In this document: positions 13,293 through 25,981 of the stretch, piece by piece | Numbering within the stretch: position 1 is the first letter of the stretch | Layout of the letters: each line of letters starts with the position of its first letter | Source: Octopus sinensis | Taxonomy: Eukaryota | NCBI RefSeq assembly: GCF_006345805.1 | Contig: NC_042998.1 | Span: 136,028,001-136,092,000 of the forward strand | DNA: 64,000 nt | Direction: 5' to 3' | The notes under the pieces: generated by a model | What the model saw: the letters and a program-made list of their open reading frames with translations, nothing else | Database searches by the model: none | What the model was told of the DNA's origin: nothing | Made by a program: the position numbers and the translations under genes

Positions 13293-13588
13293 GATATCAC
13301 AACTAAATTAACAATATTCCAGATGAAATAATGATAGTCCAATTAAATTGACAATACCACAGATGAACTAATGATACCACAGACAAAGTGATGATACTCC
13401 AGACAAAATAACAATACTCCATATGAACCAATGATACTGCAGGTGAAGTGGCAACACTGCAGATGAAGTGGCAATATTCCACTATACTAATATTCCAGAT
13501 AATACACTGATATTTCAGATAATATGACAATACTCCACATGATATGCTGATACTGCAAATGATCTAGTGATACTGCAGATAAGATAGG
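13293..13588. repeat. Degenerate 20-bp minisatellite, 15 units
   Basis: Units start every 20 nt from 13293 to 13473, then one 16-nt unit, then every 20 nt from 13489 to 13569. Consensus RATACTCCAGATGAANTRAY. Confidence 0.9.
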
Positions 13589-14242
13589 GATATTATTGGT
13601 GATTTGAAGGAAATTTCAAATCTGTCTGCTACTTCTGCATCAAGCAGATAACAAAGAGCTATGACTGGAAACAAGGTATGTTGACATCACTCCAACTCAT
13701 GCATGGGAATGAGAATGTAAAGATGATAATGGTGGTGATAATGATGATGAGTGACATTCCATATCATATAGAGAATGAACAAAACTATTTTTGCTCTAAG
13801 AACAAAACTATTTCTGTTCTGATATAAACTAATCTCTTGATAGCAGAATCAGTAGAGCATTTCATAAAATATCTTATAATATTTAACTGCATGCCTTCTC
13901 TTACTTTCCAGGTCAATGACTGCCTGTCAAGTACCGGAGTCAAACTAACACACAAACACACAAATCAGCAGCAGTACTATATTTACAACTACTTTTGTAT
14001 ACTATGGGATGGACATACATCATCATTTCATGCCAGTCATTTCCACACTGTCAGTGTGGAAGAGAGTTTGACAGAGTTGGACAGTTTGACAGGATCCAAT
14101 AGATTGGAGGACTATGTCTTTCTGTAACACATACATACAGAATGAGACATTTGGTGCTGCTGTTTGGACACTGATGACTTGGCACAGTTGACTGGACATT
14201 CAGCCTACTTTTGACAACAATACACATACAGATAGGCAGAGT

Positions 14243-14276
<34 letters not shown>

Positions 14277-14929
14277 AGAGATTATAAACTATTAATTGAA
14301 TACAACTGACATAAACAATTTCCCTCTCCTCAAACATAAAAACAGAGGAGGAGGAGGAGAAGGGGGGAAAACATCTGATATCAAATAAGTGAGCACTGAA
14401 TCAGTGACATTAAAATGGTTGTACATCCAATTATTCACTTTTTTAATACATCTTTTATCATTATTTTTTACTTGTTTCAGTCATTGGACTGCAGCTATGC
14501 CAGGGCACCACTTTGAAGGGTTGAGCTGGACAAGTCAATCCCAGTACATTTCTTTTTTTTTTCTAAGTCTGGTGCTTATTCTATTGGGCTCTTTTTGCTG
14601 AACCACTAAGTTACAGGTACATAAATCAGCACTAGCTGTCAAGTAGTGTTGAGAGACAAACACAAATACAAAGATATACACACAAATATATACATAACTA
14701 TATGAATAAAAACATATGTATGTATATATACATATAAACCATATATGTATAGGTATATGCACACACACAACAGGCATCTTTCAGTTCCTGTCTACCAAAT
14801 GCACTCATAACACCAGTGCTATAGTAGAGGATACATGGCCACAGTGGGACTAAACCCAGAATCATATGGTTGGGAAGCAAATCTCTAACCACATAGTCAT
14901 GTCTCCATAATTATTTCAGTCATAATTTA

Positions 14930-15690
14930 CCTGAAGACCCCATGTAGCCACAGGTAAAACTCATAGTAGCAAGAGTAAGATGGAAAAAATCCAGAGAGCT
15001 TTTACCTCTTGGCAACCAAAGATCTCTCTCTTCAAGTGAAAGGAACATTGTATGATGTGTGGTAGTGAGACATCAGCCCTGAATGCAGAGAACATGTGAA
15101 GGTTAGCGAGGAATGAAGCTAGTATGCTCCACTGGGTGTGCACTGACAGCATACATGTGCAACAGAGCACTAGTGTATTGAGAGAGAAGTTAGGCATAAG
15201 AGGAACTAGATGCAGTGTACAAGAGAGAAGACTGTGTTGGTTTTATAATGTGATGCATATGGATGTTGACAGTTGCCAATCACTTAAAATGGATGGAACT
15301 CATGGAAGAGTGGAATCCATGAAGACATAGGATGAAGTACTGAAGTCTGATCGCAGAATGCTGAGTCTTGCAGGGGAGATGACAAAGGATAGAGATATAT
15401 GGTGCATCGCTGCACTCAAGAAGACCTGTCCACTACAATTGAATTGATATTGGTGTTTGTGGCACATAAAAAGCACTGGTGCTGGTATCACCTAAGAAGT
15501 ACTGGTGCCAGTACCACATAAAAAGCACCCAGTACACTTTGTAAAGTGGCTGGCATTAAGGGAGGGCATCAAGCCATTGAAACCATGCCAGAACAGACAA
15601 TGGAGCTTGGTATGGCCCCCCAGCCTTACCAGCTGCTGTCAAGCTGTCCAACCCATGCCAGCATGGAAAACTGACATTAAATGATTAGGA
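14930..15690 (+). mobile_element. RTE-clade LINE 3' fragment
   Basis: ORF 15124..15330 (LREKLGIRGTRCSVQERRLCWF) is the RTE post-RT region; ends with the gcatggaaaactgacattaaatgat tail. Confidence 0.85.
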
Positions 15691-16239
15691 CACAATATAT
15701 CATATATCATCATCATTATTTATGTCTGTTTTCCATTGTTTTCTTGAGTCAGTTGGATCCCCCCCCCATCATACCTTCTCTCCTTTTGTCACAATCACTG
15801 GTCATCGTTTTGAGATTCAGCATTATAAGACTAACTTCTATTATTCCTTCTCATGTTCTAGGGTTCTCTCCATTTAGATTGCTTGGTACTTCTTCACTCA
15901 ACTATCAACTGCCATACACATTACACAACTACCCTCTTACATCCAGTTTTTCTGTCTTCTCATTTGTGTTTCATTGATCACCATACACTAACATTACACA
16001 TATCATGGAATAATGAAGCATGTCTCCTGAACACTGGCTGCTATGCCTTCAGAACATGTATTGCAATTGCCATTTAAGTCAGTTAGATAAGTGGCATGTG
16101 ATTAGAACATTGCAGGAAAGAACTGCATGATGGATTCTTCAAACCGAGTCAGTAGGCAGGATACCTAAGGGACTGAGCTGATTAGATAATATCTATTATC
16201 TCAGCTGGTTCTTCCTCAAAGTCCAACCCTTGATTCATT

Positions 16240-16780
16240 GTGGTGGAAAGGTTAAATGAGTGAATGTCAGAGCTATGCTGTCAGAAGCTTCAAGCCACTG
16301 AAGGCAGACAGGTCTGACACCAGTAGTGCCAGGGCCACAACCTGGCTAACTGGAGGGTAATGGTGAATTCTAGGTGGCACCTGTTCCAGAATCTGTCTAG
16401 TTCCTGATGGTATTGGATTTCACCTGTGGGCATCCTGCAGCGAGAAGGCATAACACAAGAACAACCTGCCACTGGTCATGTATGGTGGCTTACAAATACA
16501 GATGGGAACTGTTTTCATGAACTCTGATCATCCCTTGAAACTCCTATGAACTCACAACCATGGTGAACTCAATAGGAGCCGGTTTAACCCCTTCCAAGAG
16601 AATGCTGTTACAAGACAAGAAGAATCTCAGCTGGTCACACACGGAAATCAAGCCAGAAAATGTAATGATGGTTGCTTTTGGTAGGACCCATGGAAGCAGT
16701 GCCAGAGGACTCTACCCCAACAACCTTCCCAGGAATAGTGGGTGGTGAAAATGGATGGATGGTGGTATGAGGCAGTATCA
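16240..16780 (-). mobile_element. Decayed LINE AP-endonuclease fragment (RTE-like)
   Basis: Frameshifted residues ..PQVKSNYHQELDRF(L)EQVPPR.. resemble the APE segment YAPT...FYQELD. Confidence 0.5.
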
Positions 16781-16789
16781 ACTACTTTT

Positions 16790-18030
16790 CGTGAGTCTTC
16801 TGAGCATCTGAAATAATTTACTTCAGACTTGTAGTTACTGCTAATTGCAGCTATGCATCTACTACTTTGCAGTGTTTCTTTCTCTGCTAGTTAGTTTGCA
16901 AGTTCTATCACACCTTTCGTGCACCAAAGCATACACTGAAAACATCATACAGATTTCTTACCAACTCTTTTTCTGCATATTAAGTATGGTCACTTATTGT
17001 CTTCTTTTCTGCTAACTAAAACTTATGTCTTTGCTAAATTTACTTTGAAGTTTCAAATATCGGTTTTCCTTTCATATTTAGAATTTCTTGAGCAAATTTT
17101 CAGCAAAGATGTGACAACTAGGTCATGGACATATTAAAGTTCATACAGACAGTCTGTCTTAAATTCCTCTGTTATAGCCCAGGGCAGTATTTTTCATAGC
17201 AGGAAGTTATGAGAATTGAAAAGCAAGTGGAACTGATTACTGGTTTTTAACAAAATTAAGATGACATCAAACTTTTTTTACATTTCTCCAAAACTAAGAT
17301 GAAGAAAGATAAATTTTATGAATGCAAATTCTATTTTGTATTTTCAAAGGATGAGGAGGCAAAATGACTTCACAAACATTTGATAAGGGCAAAACGTCAG
17401 TAGCATCCTGTCTTCACAGAAATCCAAATTACATCTCATCTAAACTGATTCTCTTCTAATAAACTGTGCTAATATTCTTTCCGTTACATTCCTATCTTGG
17501 TTTGATACTTATGCAGATGTTTGTTTCTGGAGAATTTCTTTCATCCTTGTTGCAGATGATGATGATGATGATGATACTTCTATGCTACTTGACTAACTAT
17601 GCAAGTGTACAGTGCATGTTCTACTTCATCAAATATTTTCAGTATCTCAGTGACTATTCTTGATGAACCACCTGCTCTCTTCTTTTTATCTCTTTAACTG
17701 TGCTTTCAATCATACATATGTCAAAAGTAGATCCCTCTGTTGATGTCGTTTGGATTAGACATCACTGTGTACTCTAAATTCAGCAAACTCTTGTAATATC
17801 ATCTCCAAACTTCTTTCTTTTCAGGAATGGTGAAAGTTAAGTGCATCATTGTCATTTCAAAACACACTTTTCCAAAATGTTACATTTGAGACATTGTTTT
17901 GCAATGTGGACTAATGCCTGGTTCTCTCCTCATAGAACATTGGCAAAGTATACCTGACCTCTTGCTTCTCTTTTAACTGCCTGATATAGTTTCCTGCTCC
18001 TCCCTTTCTTCCAATGTTCCTAGGCTTATC
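16790..18030 (-). mobile_element. Decayed RTE-clade LINE reverse-transcriptase region
   Basis: Minus-strand residues RAGGSSRIVTEILKIFDEVEHALYTCIVSQV, ISLDEM*FGF..DATD, AITEEFKTDCLYEL*YVHDLV and FKVNLAKT*VLVS align with RTE RT subdomains. Confidence 0.85.
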
Positions 18031-18149
18031 AAGAAATGTTGATGATAGATTTAAGGTACATTCTGTACCAACAAATCAAAAGAAACTCATTTCTTTTTTA
18101 TTTTCTAAGTTTAAAGAAAAGGGCAGAACCCATGACACTTGAAGGCTTT

Positions 18150-18460
18150 TGAGACTGGTGACTGTGTAAAATATGTTACCGGTCAACACTAGCAGGAAAG
18201 ACATGAGCAAGGAAGAGATTCCAGGGAGATTATGTTCTGGGGATGAAGGATTGGACATAATGGTTAGTATGAAAGAAATGGAGGCTGAATGCATCAAGAG
18301 TGCAGAGATAGAAAGGTAAGTGGGACAAGGATACCTGAGGAGTGAAGGTACAAGACTAGCCAGCTTTGAGGAGCAGAGATCAGTCATAAAAAAAGACTGA
18401 GAGGAGACAGTTATATTTTCTATATAATATATCACCAGCAACCTCTAGGAGTTGAGGAAA
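18150..18460 (-). mobile_element. Possible Penelope-like 3' fragment
   Basis: Shares 'aagctgg..a.tcttgtacct...actc..caggta' with the Penelope-like remnant at ~50000. Confidence 0.35.
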
Positions 18461-18499
18461 GCTCTTCACCAAATTTTAACTACTGTGAACGAGAATGTA

Positions 18500-20130
18500 A
18501 CTATGTAGGCCCATGTAACTATATAGGATCCACAAGTTCATTGTGAACCAGATTCTTGTTGGTTCACAGAAATAAAAAGGCACTGTTTGTGGCTTCATAT
18601 GGCTATAATCCCATTTGTCATTGAGATGTTTGTTCATGTTGCATCAAAGTGCCATCAGAGTAGATGCATCTCTCCTTGTGTTGGTTAATTGACAATGATT
18701 TTCACTTGTATACAATGATGCCACATTTCAAATTTATTTCATGTCTTTGAAAGAAACTCTTCTTTGTCCTTCTCACATATGGTTTCCTCCAATCAAATAG
18801 AAAACAATTGTTTGGACAATAAATGATCTGCCATTTACATGACATGGCCAGCTCCTCAATGTTAAAGTTACAAAAGCATGATTTCAATGCAGAAGATATT
18901 GGGCTTGCTCAAATACACTAACACTCTTCGGTCACTCCTGAAAATGAATGTGCATGTTTTTCCTCAGACATCTCTGATGGTATACTTCCAGCTTATTGAT
19001 TAGTAGCCTATAATTTGTTCAGATTTCAGAAATATATTGTGAGTAAAACAGCCTTACACACCATAAGTTTAGCTGTTTGTCTCATGTCATGATCTTCATA
19101 TACTCATCTTCATAGACCTGGCACATTTTATCCAGTGCTGGGTTGCCTCATCAATATGTACAGGTTGTAATACATGACAACCCCAAAACAGGAAGTATTA
19201 TATATTTTCCACTATCAATCCATATACTCAAATGACTGCAACAGGTACCTAGGTACTTACTTGTTGAATGCTGGTTGATGCAAGATCTTTATTTCATTTA
19301 CGCTGAGAGTTAGAAACATGCTCTCATATTCATCAGTGAAAATAATGGTAAGCATAGTTGTTGTACTGAATTCACACTAAGTGCGGCACTGCCTATGTAT
19401 TGAAATTCAATTACCTAAGTTATAGATTTTGTCCTGACATGGAGTCTGCCAGAATTGAATGCATCAGCATTTGTGCAGTATGGACATCAGGTGTAAGTTT
19501 GCCCATAGTGAACTTGAGCATGGCTGAGAGGAAAGTGGAAAAGAGCATAGCTGCAAAATACATATGCCAGCTTTATTCCTGTTTGCATTTCAAACTGATC
19601 TCTAGTGGAAAGATGGCATTGCAATTTGGCTGTCATGGTATCACAAAGGAGTCATGTGATTATGTTGAGGTTTTGTGGACAGTCAAGTTTTACTTGTACT
19701 TTCTACAGTTTTTGATTTATGGAATCAAATGCCAGGTTGAGGTCAAAGGAAAGCATGTGTTGCTTGCAGAGTTTCTCTTGTAACTGATAAATGCTGAAAA
19801 TCACATCAAAAGTGTCAAAAATTAGCTTGAGATTCAAACAGGCAAGTCTCTGATAGTGGAATAAATAAGTTGGTCAAGAATGATTCAAGCCAAAATTTTT
19901 CCAGCAGGTAACAAGTTTCCAATTTAGAAGGCACAATCTGAGTCTCTGTCATGAAGATGGTTCTAACAGTTCCTTATCTGAGTTCAGTTGATATCTCTTT
20001 CACATTCAGATTAGCAAAAACAATATCTGAAACTTTACTGTTAATACTATATTCTCCAATTGATATAGATAAATTTCAATCAGAATTCCATTAGAGCTGG
20101 GTGCCATTTTATTTTCAGGAACAGATTGTT
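18500..20130 (-). mobile_element. RTE-BovB-like LINE, RT and 3' part (decayed)
   Basis: Minus-strand residues VIFSIYQLQEKL..DLNLAFDSINQKL*K..KLDCPQ, FEMQTGIK, FNSGRLHVRTK and ORF 18702..18887 track the BovB-type RT in order. Confidence 0.82.
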
Positions 20131-20255
20131 TATTTTTATATATACATTTTTTTTTTGTGGTGGAAGTCCAGCAATATCAGAAGTTATTTATCATTGGCTT
20201 TTAGTGTGATATAACCTAGAGATCTTACATTGGCTGCACAGACACAATTAATCAA

Positions 20256-20326
20256 GATTCCAAATGTTTTTTCCTTGTTGCAGGGTATTCAGATTCCAAA
20301 TGTTTTTTCCAGTTGCAGGGTATTCA
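20256..20326. repeat. Near-perfect 36/35-bp tandem duplication
   Basis: gattccaaatgttttttccttgttgcagggtattca followed by gattccaaatgttttttccagttgcagggtattca. Confidence 0.95.
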
Positions 20327-20419
20327 GCCTAAATTTGACATTTTGCACAAAATGAAAAAAACAACAACACAATATCCCATCCAAAAATTAAAGTATTTTT
20401 AAAATATCAAAAAATATCA

Positions 20420-20870
20420 ACTAGATTATGGCTGCGAGGTAACAGTAGCTGCCCTCAGCATCCACTACGGCCTCAAGACAGCTACAGAACTTGACACATG
20501 CATTCCTCACTGTATCCCTTGGAAGATCTTCAAACACCACCTTGATGTTGGCTACCAGCTCAGCTTTGGTATTGCATGTAGAGTGGTAGGTATCTTTCTC
20601 ACCTGTGCCCGATACATAGTAATCTATGGGACTACAAGTGGGGGAATTAGGAGGCTAGAAATTGGGATCGGTGAAGTCATAGAAATTCCCTGACAACTAC
20701 TTCAGACTCTAGACAGAGATATGACAAGAAGCCAGATCCTGCTGCCATACATATGACTTTCCAATAGCAACTCTTTCCAGACAGGGATTGACTACAGTCT
20801 CTACTAACCTCACATAACAGTCTGAATTGAGCTTAAGGTCCCATTCAAAGATGTGGGAATGGATTCCAAC
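20420..20870 (-). mobile_element. maT/DD37D transposase C-terminal remnant
   Basis: NF*PPNSPTCSPIDYYV..CNTKAELVANIKVVFEDLPRDTVRNAC..CLEAVVDAEG; same family as 3060-3923. Confidence 0.8.
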
Positions 20871-20879
20871 ATATGAGCC

Positions 20880-21800
20880 ATGCTACATGGCAGTGAAACA
20901 TAGGCTGTGACTGCTGAGGACATGTGTAAGCTTGCAAGGAATGAAGCCAGTATGCTCTGCTGGATGTGTAATATCAGTGTGTAGACTCAACAGAGTGTAA
21001 GTACCTTGAGAGAAAAGTTGAACCTAAGAAGCATCAGATGTGGTGTGCAAGAGAGACGACTGCACTGGTATAGTCATATGGCGAGAATGGATGAGGAGAG
21101 CTCTGTGAAAAAGTGCCACACCCTAGTAGTTGAGAGAACCTGAGGAAGAGGTAGACCCAGGAAGACCTGGGATGAAGTGGTGAAGCACAACCTTCGAACA
21201 TTAGGCCTCACTGAGGTAATGACTTGTGACAGAAACCTTTGGAAATATGTAGTGTGAGATCTGGCAAGCCAAGTGAGACCTTAACCTGTGGCCTATGCCA
21301 GGGGTGTAACCAGCCCACTTATGCGTACCTTTCCTTCATTGGACATTAAACTCTGTTTGCAAAGACCTGTTGAGCCAATCGAAATCAAATCAAATTCAAT
21401 GACTGGCACCTGTGCCAGTGGAGTGCTAAGAGCACCATCTGAGTGTGATCGTTGCCAGAGCAGCTGACAGGCTTCCGTGCCAGTGGCACGTGAAAAACCT
21501 TTCGAGTGAGGTCGTTGTCTGGTGCTGGACTGGCCCCTGTGCAAGTGGGATGTAAAAAACACCATTTGAGCAAGGCTGTTGCCAGTACCACCTGACCAGC
21601 CCTCATGCCGGTGGCACATAAAAGCACCAACTACACTCATGGAGTGGTTGGCGTTAGGAAGGGCATCCAGCTGTAGAAACTCTGCCAGATCAGATTGGAG
21701 CCTAGTGCAGCCATCTGGTTCGCCAGTCCTCAGTCAAATCATCCAACCCATAGTAGCATGGAAAGCAGATGTCAAACGATGATGATGATAATGATGATGA
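20880..21800 (+). mobile_element. 5'-truncated RTE-clade LINE with long 3' UTR and (GAT)n tail
   Basis: MLHGSET*AVTAEDM.KLARNEASML..LREKLNLRSIRCGVQERRL.WY..GRPRKTWDEVVKH; tail ends cgatgatgatgat. Confidence 0.9.
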
Positions 21801-21809
21801 ACACAGTCA

Positions 21810-22720
21810 AGATGCCTGCTGTGTCACTTTCTGCTGGCCATGGCTTCATAGTCTTCATTGCAGCTGTCCATGTCATGTCTTACAACCTTTACAGTGTTCA
21901 CAGAGTATTGAACAGCAGTCATAATGTTAGCATTTTGATATCCAGCATGAATCATCATGATACAAGCAACTATTACTAATATTCAGATGGCTTCCAGTCA
22001 TCGAACTTTTTCTCAACTACAACTTCAATCTTTATGTTCTCCAACACCACTGACTGTTCACTAATACATCAAGCAGTTCTTGTAAAGAGATCATCAAATT
22101 TACCCCAAATACCCTATACATTATCCTCCCTAATATTTGTACCATTTTGCAATTCATCAGATGTAGGACTTGAACTTGGGCCAAAAGTCACTTTAGTTAT
22201 ACTGAAAAACCTGCTTATGTCAAACTATTTCTGAATTTCAAGTGATTTCACTTACTATCAATCGTTTTACATAGCACATGTTTATTTCAGGATTGCGGCC
22301 TGTGCTTGCTGACAAGCTTTTGTTATTTTGGTAAGCATGACGAGCTGCTCTCTTTCTGTCAATCAACTTCTTATTTGGGTGTTGATTTTATCAAACCAGT
22401 GACAGTGTTCTCTTGCCATGAAATTCAGAAACTCCTGACAAGCTGCAGAGATGCCAGTCTTTAGAGTGCACTATGTATTTTAAATGGTATGGTAATTACT
22501 GGATGACAGTTCATCATCTAGACACTGCTAAAGTTGCTCTGCTTTTGATAGGTCTGAGAAAGACTCAGGGTTGATTTTCCACTGGCATAATTTCTACTGT
22601 TGATGTTGTTTATTATAGAAGAAATTGAATTATTCAACTCATTTCATGTAACCAATCATCAGTCTCATCTGGTGATCAATAACATGAAACTCAGTATAAT
22701 AGTTTGTTAAGCCTTTCAGC
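21810..22720 (-). mobile_element. RTE-BovB-like LINE, endonuclease-RT linker (5' part of the 18500-20130 element)
   Basis: WFDKINTQIRS.. and ..TFGPSSSPTS.. match the BovB-type linker WFDEND...YGP; colinear with the downstream part. Confidence 0.7.
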
Positions 22721-22894
22721 TTCAAGCACTATTAATACACACATACACACTGGTGTTAGGAAGGACATCCAGTCGTAGAAACACTGCCAGATCAGACTGG
22801 AGCCTGGTGCAGACTCCTGGCTTCCTTGACTCCGGTCAAAACCTCCAACCCATGCTAGCACGGAAAACAGACGTTAAACGATGATGATGATACA

Positions 22895-22904
22895 TAGGTA
22901 TGTA

Positions 22905-22970
<66 letters not shown>

Positions 22971-23057
22971 TATGCATGCATGTATATATGTATGTATATA
23001 TATATCTATGTATACATACATATGTGGATGCATATATATATATATATGTATCTCTCC

Positions 23058-23088
<31 letters not shown>

Positions 23089-23100
23089 CATATATATATA
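22895..23100. repeat. (TA)n/(TATG)n/(CT)n compound microsatellite
   Basis: Direct reading; source of six spurious ORFs between 22836 and 23200. Confidence 0.97.
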
Positions 23101-24167
23101 AAAAAATGTGTGTGTATAAAGGCAGTAAGGTGGCAGAACTGTTTGTACGTTTGGAAAAATGCTTAGTGGCATTTTGACTAACTTTATGTTCTGATTTCAA
23201 ATTCCACCAAGGTTAACTTTGTCTTTCAACCTTGTGGGGTCGATAAAATATGTACAACTTGAGTATGAGGTCAACGTAATCAGCTATCTCCTCCTCCAAA
23301 ATTGCTGGTCTTGTGCCAAAATTTGAGATCAACATATATATATATATATTCAAACAAACAATTAAAAAAAAAGAAAGAAACGAACGTGGAGACGTGCATA
23401 AAAAAATATTAATTTGATGGTCTGTGAAGAGAGAGAGTTGTTAACGTTTCGAGCATAGCTCTTCATACGAAACAGGTTAAGTCCAAAGAGAAAAAAGGAA
23501 AAATAAGGAAACATCGTCAATAATCCACGTGCAGTTACACACACACACGCGCACACACATATTATATATATATATATATGAGAAAATCACAGAATAGATG
23601 ACAAATTTGAGGAGTTTTTTCTTTTCCCAAAAGAGTATCTGATTGATTACCTTATGGTATTCATACATACTCTCTGTATGCCGAGTTCAAATACCACACA
23701 GATCAATTTTCATCCTTTCGAAAATTATTAAGTATCAGCCCAGTAGTATGATCGATTCTCTCTCTCTCTCCCTCCCTCCCTCTATAAGAAGTCAGCTGTG
23801 GTGAGACTTGGAGAGGGATGGGCTCCGTCTAATTCTTAGACACGCCGTACGTCTTAACGACATCCCCGATGACTCCTTCAGAAGTTAGAGTTTAAAGAAA
23901 CGCTATTATATAATTTGTGTTGTCATAGCATACCAATCGTGTAGTCAGTGAATAAGCAACTTAAAATATTTGTTTAGCTACCATTATTTGAAATATGCTC
24001 TTTTCCCTGTGGCTGAAATGTGATATTTTTCCTGCGCTCTACCCCACGACCAAAACTGATATGTTTGTATCGCTTTTTTTTTAGGTGATTTTATTTCCGT
24101 TTTGTGTTTTTATCCTTATAAATCTGTTTTCACCACCATTCAAGTATCAATATTTGAAGCCCCTTAC

Positions 24168-24261
24168 GTTCTGAGGTCCCCCGAATCGACTACGCCCTCT
24201 CTCAAGACCTTGTGAGAAATTAACTTTAAAGACTTGTGCACGCGCACACAGGCGCGTGAAC
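24168..24261 (-). CDS. Candidate internal exon (94 nt), unknown protein
   Basis: Acceptor ...ctctctttatacgcgtag| after a 135-nt AG-free pyrimidine tract; donor AAC|gtaagg. Phase 1->2 frame (G)SRACVRVHKSLKLISHKVLREGVVDSGDLR joins the 30687-30804 exon in frame. Confidence 0.5.
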
Positions 24262-25459
24262 CTACGCGTATAAAGAGAGAGAATGAAAGAAGTAAGAAAA
24301 ATCGAGAGAAAAAGTGAGAGGGTGAGACATGTGAGAAGGGAGAGGAGAGAGAGAATTGTGGGGATAGAAGAAAAAAAAAGGAATGAAAAAGAGAACGCAC
24401 TCGAGGAGTAAAGAATAGTGAAATATAAGAAGAAAATAAGGTGTTTAATCTCGACTCCCCAGCTCATCTATTTTCACATGGGTTAGATAGACATCAGTTC
24501 CCAGAGGCTGCTACTTCCAACCAACATTCTAAATAAAGAGGAACTAATGTGTCGATATTTTCATTCGAGAAAAACCGGAATATTGACGAAAGTGGCAAGG
24601 ACAATAAGGCGAAAGAATTGTGATTGCCTTACAGATCAGGAATTTACAAATCAATAGATTTTATCTGTCAAGATTATCAGCGGAAGATGCGATTTAGTGT
24701 TGAACACACACACACACACACACATACATATATATATTCGTTTACTTTGGGTTTCATTCACTTTTCTAATGTAAAAGTCTTCTTAACATCGTAAAACATG
24801 TTTAAAGAATTTTTCTAAGAGACAGTTTGAACGATCCTGTGGTTTGTTTTATAACACGGAGTCCCCTTGACTAACAAATAAATTTGCCTTGTATCTGCGG
24901 CAATCGCAGAAAGAGGAAACTACCCAAGCTATCTGATACAACATGATTAGCAAATGAATGAAGCTAAAATTTCCCCTAATTTTGCAGTTAGTAGGCATTA
25001 AGTTTTGTCTACGAGGTCAGGTTTTAGGTTTCGTAGGCAAAACAGGTTGCAAAATTTTACATTTTCCAGTTTCCGATAAATTATTTAAGAACAACTCAAC
25101 AACTGTTAATTTTAGCCTTCTTAATTTCATTATTTTATTTATTTATTTATTTATTTATTTGAAAAGCATATTTTTCTTTTATTCTCGTGTGTAAAATTTC
25201 CTCCGCGGGTTTTATACGCAAATCTTATAAATCATTAATTTTAGTTTTGTCATCTTTTGGTAGCTAATAGACATTTATGATTGAGTTAACCTTAAAATAT
25301 TTCAGAACTCATCTAGGTGGGATTTGAACTCTCTCGTAAGTTACATAACAAACTCCATATCATAAAAACTAACCTCCCTATTCAACTGATATCTTATACA
25401 AATTACAATATCTCTGAAGTTTAATATACACAACACTCTCATATTGTGACTATTACTAA

Positions 25460-25883
25460 CAACCCGTTCGATCTGCTAGAAATAGCAATCAAATCTCATT
25501 CCACCCCGCTACAGTTTTTTTAAATGGAAGAATACAGTTAAAGTTAAATATACAAAAAGATAGGATGAGCACAGCTGGAATACCTTTCGTCATACATCTG
25601 CTCGATCGGCTATATCAAGGAAAGCCATCGAGGGAGCATGAACGAGGTTGCCCGAATTGCTAGAAATAGCAGCTAAACCCCCTTCAAATCACACACCGCC
25701 GTCTAGGAAAAGGGGTGACGTAGACAATGGGGTCCCTAAGTATTCCTAAATCGGTAGAATCGCCACAGTTGAAATGTTTGTGATAATAAGACAATTCGAT
25801 CAGGTTCATCTAGGGCTTAAACAACAACAGCATTATCAATGAGAAAGTAAATCCAGAGCCTATTGATTTTGAAAAACACATTT

Positions 25884-25981
<98 letters not shown>

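Noticed and set aside
13293-13588. Regularly spaced array considered as CRISPR
   Set aside because: No constant repeat with unique spacers, no cas genes, and the context is eukaryotic.
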